A stretch of DNA of 39,916 bases from Ascoidea asiatica JCM 7603. Its lineage: Eukaryota; Fungi; Ascomycota. The number at the start of each line of letters is the position of its first letter. The first letter of the stretch is position 1. Shown here piece by piece: positions 31,805 through 39,916 of the stretch. A program made the translations under genes and the position numbers. A model generated the notes under the pieces. The model had not been told where the DNA came from, did no database searches, and was given only the letters and a program-made list of their open reading frames with translations. The stretch covers positions 1,980,935-2,020,850 of the forward strand of contig BCKQ01000002.1 of the NCBI GenBank assembly GCA_001600695.1, read 5' to 3'.

Positions 31805-34441
31805 CTAAATTAGTAATCGATTAAATTCTTCGTCAAGTAGTTTGAAATTTCTTAAAAAGCTTTCACGTTCTACAATACTCGGAAATTTTCTGAATTCCTT
31901 TTTCAATTCTTTGGCTATTTTTTTTCTAAAATAATCAAGACTGTCTCTAATACTACCAACACCAACTGAAGGAACTTCTTCCCAAACAGAAAAATCATTA
32001 AGAATCTTTTTTGTTTCCAATTCCAAGAGACGTAATTCTTTGAAATTATAAGTGGAAATTTTTTTTATAGGTAGAGAACAAAAATTACATGACATGAATC
32101 TTAGTTTATCAGGAGTAACCTTACATGAATTAAAACCATTAATTTCATAACCCCATCTAGGAAATAATGTATCTTGTAATTCAGGAATAAAAGGAATTTT
32201 ACTAAATCGAATATTTTTTTGCTTCTCAGTTTCAGAAAGTTTTACATTGGGAAATAAAACCAAAAAAATATTTTTATAAACATTAAAATTAATTAAAAAA
32301 CCAGGCTTAAGATACCCTTCATTATTTTCAAAGAGAACTAGTCTTCCAGCAGTATTATTTTTACGTATTTTTTTCATAATATATCTCTGTATTCTTTCAA
32401 CCAAAAGTATATTACATTGATAAAATAGTTCATAAATTCTCAAAAGAGCTAATTTTGAATACAGAAACTGGTCTATAAAATGGTCATTAATTTCATGTCC
32501 AGTATTTAAGGTTAATTTTAGTATTTTGCTTTCACCCATAGTAATTTCTTTCATTACTTTTGCAAGAGAGCTTTTATTTTGATTATCCTTTAAAAGAGAT
32601 TTCCACTTTTTATCTCTGGATAATTCGACTAGTTCAATTGCAATCAATGAACACCTTTCCCAAGAGTCTTCATCGCTCCAGCCAAATCCAAAACATAAGT
32701 CGAACACATTTTCTTTATCATTATTATCAGAAATTGAGCAACGTGTTTTATAAATATTTCCTAATTTATTTTCTTCTTCAGGACTTAAAATTAATCCATC
32801 AAAGCAAAACGTGAAATCTTCATCATTTATCAACATATCCTCTAAATAATCTGCCCAAATAAAATCATTTACCGTTCTTGACTTTAACTTGATTAATTCT
32901 GAGATATTGATTTTAGTTGAGCTTGAATCAAGTTCAGATGTACATCTTATACTTAGATCAAATAAGTATTTATCAATATTTTTGTAAGCTGAAAACTTAT
33001 TTAGCGAAAAGTTTTCAAATAATTTTTCTGCAGCAATTTCAGCATTTTTTCCCACACAACTTAATACTAAAAATCCAAAAATTTTTAGATCAGCTTTAAC
33101 TGATGTCAGTGATTCATTACCATTTGAAGATACATTTGAATAACTTAATTTAAAAGGAAAAAGTTGTTCACCAATTCTTACATTAATATTCGATTTGTAT
33201 GGAGACTTTTCAGCTTCTGAATTATCTTGATCTTCTTGATCTTCTTTAATTTCTTGATCTTCTTTAATTTCTTTAATTTCTTTTACATCTTTAATTTCTT
33301 CAACATCTTCAACATATTCAACATCTTTAATTTCTTCAACATCTTTCGTTTCTTTTACTTCTTTTACTTCTTTTACTTCTTTTGCTTCTTTTGCTTCTTT
33401 TGCTTCTTTTACTTCTTTTGCTTCTTTTGCTTCTTTTATTTCTCTAATTTCTTTTACTTCTTTAGTTTTTTTGATTTCTTTTACTTCTTTTACTCCTGTA
33501 ATTTCTTTAGATTCTTTAGCTTCATGAAGTCCACTTAATTCTTTTGGCTCGATTTTCTTTTTACGTTTTTTCTTATTACTTTTTTTAGTTTTCTTTTTCT
33601 TGGAGTTTAATCTAAGCTCATTGCCAGTATTCCCAGAGTTCATTTCGTTTATTTCCCATAAATAAAATTCTGTTAGAATATTGAAAGAAGTTCCGGCTAG
33701 ACTAATTTTTTCAAGTTTCATTAAATCATAGACCCAATCAAGTAAATCTGATTCTGATTGTTTTGCCAAAGAGCCTGTAAATGCTTGAAAAAGCAAACAT
33801 AAATTAACATCGAAACTTAAGTTTGAAAATATCTCAGTGAAATCCTCACTAACTTCCAAAGAATCCTGTAGTTTATTTTTTGGCTGTTTAATCAAAAAAT
33901 ACTGAAAGTTATAAAGTTTTGCCCATTTGACTAAGTTTTGCCTTGAGTAAATTTTACAAAATAAGAAATTCTTTAGTTTTTTGATTGTAATACTGGTTAA
34001 AATTGCACTAAACTTTTTTTTAAAAGTTTTTCGTGACAAGCTTAAAAATTGAGAATTTAAATTCAGTTTGAAGGAAACATTGAGATTGTTATCGACATTG
34101 AATAATTCTAAAAGAATTTTTTCATTGGTTAGTTTAATTAATTTTGGATATTCTATTTCAGCATCATTTTTTAATTTGATATTTTCAATATTTGATTCAC
34201 TGGATTTTCCGGATTCTAAAATTGAATTTGACAATTCGATAATAGAATTTGTTTTATTTTTGTTCAGATAAACTAACTGTTCATTCAATTGATAAAATTT
34301 ATCAAGATATTTTTTAATTGAAGCAACCTTCACACCTTCATCTTCAAGTTTATTTTCAATTTCAGTTTTGAATTCGGTTTGCTTTTCAGGAAAAATCACT
34401 TCGTAAGAAGAATGAAGCTCGTTACTTACATTCAATTCCAT
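31805..34441 (-). CDS. Pseudo-Dicer/Ski2-arch fusion, copy 1: inactive RNase III + 2 dsRBD-like + Ski2 arch/KOW domain
   Basis: aa~97-243 resemble the Rnt1/Dcr1 RNase III (YPKLIKL..ELF, NLVKWAKLYNFQYFL, LFQAFTGSL, DLLDWVYDL). dsRBD-like ends at LVLSCVGKNAEIAAEKLFEN and LCFGFGWSDEDSWERCSLIAIE. aa~620-878 resemble the Ski2 insertion (GRLVLFENNEGYLKPGFL, IPFIPE..LFPRW, ELETKKILN). Confidence 0.75.
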   Translation of the reverse strand: MELNVSNELHSSYEVIFPEKQTEFKTEIENKLEDEGVKVASIKKYLDKFYQLNEQLVYLNKNKTNSIIELSNSILESGKSSESNIENIKLKNDAEIEYPKLIKLTNEKILLELFNVDNNLNVSFKLNLNSQFLSLSRKTFKKKFSAILTSITIKKLKNFLFCKIYSRQNLVKWAKLYNFQYFLIKQPKNKLQDSLEVSEDFTEIFSNLSFDVNLCLLFQAFTGSLAKQSESDLLDWVYDLMKLEKISLAGTSFNILTEFYLWEINEMNSGNTGNELRLNSKKKKTKKSNKKKRKKKIEPKELSGLHEAKESKEITGVKEVKEIKKTKEVKEIREIKEAKEAKEVKEAKEAKEAKEVKEVKEVKETKDVEEIKDVEYVEDVEEIKDVKEIKEIKEDQEIKEDQEDQDNSEAEKSPYKSNINVRIGEQLFPFKLSYSNVSSNGNESLTSVKADLKIFGFLVLSCVGKNAEIAAEKLFENFSLNKFSAYKNIDKYLFDLSIRCTSELDSSSTKINISELIKLKSRTVNDFIWADYLEDMLINDEDFTFCFDGLILSPEEENKLGNIYKTRCSISDNNDKENVFDLCFGFGWSDEDSWERCSLIAIELVELSRDKKWKSLLKDNQNKSSLAKVMKEITMGESKILKLTLNTGHEINDHFIDQFLYSKLALLRIYELFYQCNILLVERIQRYIMKKIRKNNTAGRLVLFENNEGYLKPGFLINFNVYKNIFLVLFPNVKLSETEKQKNIRFSKIPFIPELQDTLFPRWGYEINGFNSCKVTPDKLRFMSCNFCSLPIKKISTYNFKELRLLELETKKILNDFSVWEEVPSVGVGSIRDSLDYFRKKIAKELKKEFRKFPSIVERESFLRNFKLLDEEFNRLLI
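33224..33525 (-). repeat. 9-bp coding minisatellite (KEA/KEV/KEI/EDQ tripeptides) inside the 878-aa ORF
   Basis: Tandem TCTTTTGCT/TCTTTTACT/TCTTTAATT units on the + strand; absent from the paralogue. Confidence 0.9.
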
Positions 34442-34777
34442 TTGATACTAGAGGTGTACAAGAAATATCAAAAATTATATAAAAAAGATAAAAATGAACT
34501 TCAAAAATATGTAGAAATATATTTTCTTAATCTTCTGGAAAAAAAAAACATTCTACAAATTAAACAACAATTCACCAAAGCATTTTTAATGTTTTCATTC
34601 CTTTATCAATTAAACAGCTAGTATTTAACAAAGTATCAATGTTTTCATTCTTTTTTGAAATGTGAATCAATAAATGAAGTAGGCTTCTGATTCAGGAAAT
34701 ATAAAAAATCAGGGCAAAGTCTCAAAGCAAATTATATCATCTGTGAACTAAAATATTGAAAAAATATACAACAAATT

Positions 34778-34877
34778 CTCCCGGTGGCCAAGCTGGCTAA
34801 GGCGCGAGACTGTAATGTTTCACTTTGTGACAAACAAAGTAATCTTGAGATCGGGTGTTCGACTCACCCCCGGGAGA
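34778..34877 (+). tRNA. tRNA-Tyr(GUA) with 26-nt intron (34816-34841)
   Basis: Acceptor CTCCCGG/CCGGGAG, A box TGGCCAAGCTGG, anticodon arm CGAGA-CT-GTA-A/A-TCTTG, T arm GGGTG-TTCGACT-CACCC, downstream T-run terminator. Confidence 0.96.
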
Positions 34878-35118
34878 TTGTTTTTATTATTTTTATCAAT
34901 TGTTTTTACTAATTCAATTGTTAATTACCCCAAAAAAAAATAAATGAAATGGTTTATATTTCTAATTGGATTAATATGCAATAGTTCTTAATTTAGCTTT
35001 ACTGAAAAAAAAGGTTTTTTTTAATAGAGAATATTATTTATTTTGAAAAAATTAACATATTTACAATTGACTGTGCTGTTTTATGAAAGTAAATGGAAAC
35101 AAAACAGTTAAAGCTATT

Positions 35119-35967
35119 TCATTTTGGGTCCCATCTTGAGGAACAAACATGATGATCTTGTGGATGACTTAAAGATGATAAGTCTGGTTTAAAATCGAAA
35201 ATATTAATATTTTCTTTTGCTCTACTAGAACTTACTGTTTTAGGTAAGGTAATAAATCCTTGATCTACCGACCATCTTAATAGTATTTGAGCTGGAGTTT
35301 TATTATATTTCTTAGATAATTCAATTAAAACTGGCTCATTTAATTTTTGAGCTTTAGTTAATGGTGAATAAGCTTCCAAAAGCATACCTTTTTTTTTACA
35401 ATATTCAACTAAATCATTTCTCATTAACCATGGACTTAATTCAATTTGATGAACAGCTGGCTTTATGCTTAGTTCCTCATAATCAAAAATTTCTTCAATG
35501 TGCTCTTTATTAAAATTTGAAATACCAATGGATTTTACTTTACCACTTTCAACGAATTCTTGCATTGCTTTCCAAGTTCCTAGTCTTCTTTCTTTATTAG
35601 ACAAAGGATCATGAATTAAAAGCAAATCAATATAGTCCAAATCTTCTGCGATTTTAAGTCTTTCTTCAATACCCTTTTTAGCTTCTTCATAACCATGATG
35701 ATGATTCATAATTTTTGTAGTATAAAAAATATCTGATCTTTTCCTTAATGTTTTATCTTCATCCAACCATCGTTTGATAGCTTTACAAACTTCATTTTCA
35801 TTCTCATAAAGCTCGGCAGAATCAAAATGTCTATATCCAATATTTAAAGCATCATATACAATTCTCTCAGCATCTTTTCTATTGGTTTTGTAAACACCTA
35901 ATCCTAGAACAGGAATATCAAAACCTGAGTTTAATTTCACTTTAGGAGATAATATTGGCATATTCAA
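35119..35967 (-). CDS. Aldo-keto reductase (AKR; YJR096W/Gcy1-like)
   Basis: GYRHFDSAELYENE, IFYTTK, YIDLLLIHDP, GKVKSIGISNF, HQIELSPW, EAYSPL, AQILLRW, LPKT, ENINIFDF. Confidence 0.95.
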   Translation of the reverse strand: MNMPILSPKVKLNSGFDIPVLGLGVYKTNRKDAERIVYDALNIGYRHFDSAELYENENEVCKAIKRWLDEDKTLRKRSDIFYTTKIMNHHHGYEEAKKGIEERLKIAEDLDYIDLLLIHDPLSNKERRLGTWKAMQEFVESGKVKSIGISNFNKEHIEEIFDYEELSIKPAVHQIELSPWLMRNDLVEYCKKKGMLLEAYSPLTKAQKLNEPVLIELSKKYNKTPAQILLRWSVDQGFITLPKTVSSSRAKENINIFDFKPDLSSLSHPQDHHVCSSRWDPK

Positions 35968-36170
35968 ATGTTTTTTGTTGTTTCCTTTAATCTCTTTGAT
36001 AGTGACTTAGAAATATTTTCCTTTGCAAACTGAAAATATTCATTACTTTTAAAGGTGTAATTAATTAAGCAGCCTTTAGAATTATGCTCACCCTTTAAGA
36101 ATTTGAAACGGATCAAGACAAAAGTACTTTGGATTATTTGAAAACATATCTTTTCTATATTAAAAGGTTT

Positions 36171-36267
36171 GCCTGGCTAGCGTAATGGTTAACGCGTCTG
36201 ACTTCTATAAGAAATAACTTTCAATAAAGTCATCAGAAGATTGTGGGTTCGACTCCCACGTCGGGTG
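36171..36267 (+). tRNA. tRNA-Arg(UCU) with 24-nt intron (36208-36231)
   Basis: D arm GCGTAATGGTTAACGC, anticodon arm TCTGA-CT-TCT-A/A-TCAGA, T arm GTGGG-TTCGACT-CCCAC, acceptor GCCTGGC/GTCGGGT, poly-T terminator. Confidence 0.93.
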
Positions 36268-36680
36268 GTTTTTTTTTTTAGTTTCTCAAAATTTTTCACT
36301 TTTATCATTGGTGAATATTCAATAACCCATTGATAATAGTCAAGTAGTGAATGTAATTGGGAATTGAATTAAATGAATTCGGCTTTTTAGGCTAAAGAAA
36401 ATCTTATAAAATGATCGTAATGGGCTTATACCTACAAGTAGATCATGCGATGATAAATCTTTAAGTAAAAAAAAGCTCTCGAAAAGATATTCAATAAACA
36501 AATTTTTAGAGGTAAAAGAATAGTTTTAAACATTTGTCAAGAAAGAAAAAAGAAAGAATAAGAAAATAAGTAATACCTAAATAAAACCGGTTAAAAGAAT
36601 TAGCAAAAACCATAAATAAAAATTTGACTGAGAAATATTTTCAAAAAAGGATTGATTTGTTAAGAAGAGCTTTGTCAAGC

Positions 36681-38342
36681 TTAAGCACTTTTTTCATCAA
36701 CTGCTTTTTCACTAATAACTTCATCGATTATATTAACATTCTTTTCTTCGTCTTTAGTAGAATCAATTCCCATTAATGAAATATCATAACCAGACTCAAC
36801 TAAATATTGCAAAAATTTTTCATCTTCTTTTCTCATACAACCTGGGTCACAATCTGGGGCTAAAAATAAAGCTAGGAAAGCACTAAAAATACATAATGAA
36901 CTAGCGACCCAGTATGGAGCTTGTAATCCTTTGACAGTATCATATCCCCCAGCATTTTTGATAATAATTGGGAAAATATATGTACCAATAAAAGCACCAA
37001 CTTTTCCAATAGCTGCACAAACACCATAAATAGATCCTCTAACTGGAGCTGCACAAGTTCTTGAAATAAAACAACCAATATTATCACCTGGACCTAATTC
37101 TCCTAAAGATAAGAAAATACCATAAACAACTACAAATGCTGCGATATGTTGCATTAATTTAGAATAAAGAGCTGCCATAATAAATCCAACAACAGCTTGT
37201 AAACTTACTCCAAGAATTAAAGAAAATCTTGGTCCTAAATAATCACCAGTATAACCCCCAAGAAATGATCCTGGTATATAAAAAATATTCAAAACAACAT
37301 TCCATCCAAAAGTTTTATATAAATCACCATCTGGAATAATTTTAGCTAAAATATATGAACTATAGATACCAAATGCATAAACACTAAAATCATAAATAAA
37401 CCAAATTAAAGCTAAAACAAGAACTCTAAACCAATAAAATTTTATTGTTAACCAATATGGAATTTGAGTTTTAAAAAATTTCATTTTCTCAAAAGATTCA
37501 TCTTCTTTAAATTTTAATCTCATAAAAAATAAAGAGATTGGAGGAATTGCTCCTAATCCCAATGTTAATCTCCAAACTGGAGTTAAGTGGTTGGTTCCAC
37601 AGATCCATAATAGGACCATTGGAACAAATGATGAGATTACAAAACCCCAATCAATTGCAAAATCTGTAAACCAGATATAATATCGATTTCTTTTTCTTCT
37701 TGGTAATAAATTAGATGCTTCAGCACAAGCAATAGAACCTGTTGGATATTCAGATCCAATGAAAATACCTAAAAAGAATCTCCAAGCTGTTAAGGCAGCT
37801 AACATACCATTAATACTACCTTTATAACCCCATGAAGCTGAAGCTAATATTGTGAAAATTATTAAACATCCAGAACTTATTAACATTCCGGATTTTCTTG
37901 ATATTTTATCAGCAATATAACCAAAAGATAACTGACCTAAAACAATTCCTGCAAAGGCAATTGAAGAAACATTTGAAATTGCATTAGAATTAGCATATTC
38001 CTTAGGATATAAGATTGCAAGACAAGTTGAGGTTGTACCAATGGAATTATTAACGTAACCATCAGAAAATAAACCTGCTCCAGCAGTTGCAACTGTCCAA
38101 ATAATTTCTGAAGTTTTTAAATTTCTTCTTTTTTCTAATTTTTCTTGAATTTGTTATTGAGAAACAGTTTGTGATAATGATGAATTAATTGGAGCAATTT
38201 CTGAATTTTCTTGTTCTTCAATTAAAGCTTCTCTTTCTCTTGCTTCTTTACTTAAAATGATTTCTCTTTCAGCTTGACCTTTCCAGCCAAATGCAAAATC
38301 ATTGAATGATTTTGGTAAATCTCTTTTCCAACCTCCAGACAT
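36681..38342 (-). pseudogene. GIT1: Glycerophosphodiester (GPI/GPC) MFS permease, Git1 family; full 553-codon frame with one internal TAA at 38154-38156
   Basis: The 62-aa and 401-aa ORFs share a frame. The gap reads QIQEKLEKRRNLKTSEIIWTVATAGAGLFSDGYVNNSIG...SSIAFAGIVLGQLSFGYIADKISRK (TM1-2). Downstream motifs GSEYPTGS, WFIYDFSVYAFG, GELGPGDNIG, AAIGKVGAFIG. Confidence 0.85.
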
Positions 38343-39916
38343 TTTTTGTTTGTTGTTGATAGTTGATAGATGAAAGTTATTGTTGTTTTTTTCTCTTGAT
38401 ATTATTTATAGTATCTAATATTATATAAAATTATTAGTGGGGGTGTGTTGATTTTTAAATATTGTTATGATATATTATTAGTATAAAGTTATTGAAAAAA
38501 AAAAGAAAAATAAAGAAAAAAAGAAAGACAAAAAGTTTGAGCTTTATAAGATAATGAAAGTTGGCTTTAGATTATTTTCAAAAAAAAAACCTGGTAAGAA
38601 ATGAAATGAATTGAATTAGATTTGAAAAAAAAAAACTGAAATTTTAAGAGAATTGCATTTTAAATCTTAATGAATTATACAGTAAAAAAAAGAAAAATTA
38701 TTATCAAAAAAAAAAACAAGGATACATTTATTGAACAAAAGTTAACATTTTATGATAAATAATTAGCACATGTGGTAGTGAATCTTATAATTTGTGTTAA
38801 ATTTCAATAGCTTTAGCGTTTTGAGTTTCAGAAAAATTTTGAACATATGAAGAAATAAAAATAAAATAGAATATGTAATTTTGCTATTGATAACTGATAA
38901 CTGAGAAATATAGTTTATAGCATTTATTATAGTTACAATTATTGTGTACTTTGGATTAATAATTTATGAAGTTTTGCAGAAATTTTGCTGATCATTGTAC
39001 TATTTGAAATAGTATGATTAAATTATCACACCAATTAAACTGTCGAAAGAAACAAAATTGAACAGTACTTTGATAATTCAAGACATTTGGGTGGTTCTTT
39101 CTGAGAGACTTGGATTCAAAAGATAATAAAAGAAAGCTAGAGCAATACCTTCAAAGTTTAATAGTTCAATTCCTATCATAGATATCCTAAAAAATCCAGA
39201 ATTTTTGCATTCTAGGTAATTACCAATACACCTTGAAGATTATATTATTACAATGATACTTTCAATTATCAATACCTTACAATAAAATATTATTATAATA
39301 TTCATAATAAAAGTAGAAAAAACTAATTTCAAAAAAGAAATTTTATCCTAGACCTCACCAAGTTCTTGATTTTTCAATAATGGATAAGCTTTCAATCAAT
39401 TTTCTGGTATTTCAATATCTCGATTCGCTGTCAAGTCATAATCTGAGTAAAATCCAAAGTAAAAGTTGATTGAAAGCTGCTCAGAAACTGACAAATAATT
39501 GGCCAGAAACTGCTTTAAATTAGTTTGAGCTGATCGGAAGATTTCCGCAGCCACCGCTCCAAACGTTACCCAGCGTTTTTGTGCAGTTTCGGAAAAATAA
39601 AAAGCAAACGCCTATGTCTATCGGCAGACTTGCCCGCCTACCACTGTGCGGCTGGGCACGGTGCCAAGGATCATTTTTGCACCTCTTTCAGGTGCAAACG
39701 CAACCTCAGACGCAAATGCTTATCTGTCTAATATCAATCATTGAAATCTGCTAAAATTGTTTTCATTTATTTTACTTTTTCTTTTTATGCTTTTACAGGC
39801 AATTATTATTTCTTTATTTTTATTTTTTTTAACTTTAATTCAAATATATTTCAACTATGACACGTGCCTTATTTTTTTTATATTGAATGTTGGATGTTCA
39901 ATGATTGTGTTGTCAG

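Noticed and set aside
29073-34441. Transposon, viral or plasmid origin of the paralogue pair
   Set aside because: No RT, integrase, transposase or capsid motifs and no LTRs or TIRs seen; the recognisable domains match host RNA-processing proteins.
38154-38156. Genome-wide TAA reassignment
   Set aside because: Conserved genes here (KAP95, TIM22, SSP120, and GIT1's own 3' end) terminate normally at TAA.
39861-39866. CACGTG as a Pho4 site for GIT1
   Set aside because: A single hexamer 1.5 kb upstream; it could equally belong to the next gene outside the window.
1-39916. Species identity and alternative CUG decoding
   Set aside because: Composition is reminiscent of very AT-rich yeasts such as Ascoidea, and CTG codons look scarce, but the few I saw are not at conserved positions, so neither can be established from this window.

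Overview
AT-rich, gene-dense eukaryotic DNA that reads as a budding yeast (Saccharomycotina): no protein-gene introns seen, many Asn/Asp/Glu low-complexity insertions. Conserved genes recognised: a CofD/UPF0052 (YNL011C-like) protein, KAP95, SSP120, TIM22, RRN6, OCA5, OLE1, an aldo-keto reductase and a GIT1-type permease, plus intron-containing tRNA-Tyr(GUA) and tRNA-Arg(UCU) genes. The standout is a tandem pair of diverged paralogues at 29073-34441 (- strand). By manual comparison with recalled yeast Rnt1/Dcr1 and Ski2 sequences, each encodes a catalytically dead RNase III domain, two dsRBD-like domains and the isolated arch/KOW insertion domain of Ski2, with no helicase core. I do not know this pseudo-Dicer/Ski2-arch architecture from any described protein. 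One copy is intact (878 aa); the other is split by two -1 frameshifts at slippery runs. Two other genes are interrupted: a GH28 rhamnogalacturonase with two frameshifting deletions, and GIT1 with one in-frame TAA in a CAA-TAA-CAA context. All homology calls are by eye and from memory; no searches were run.
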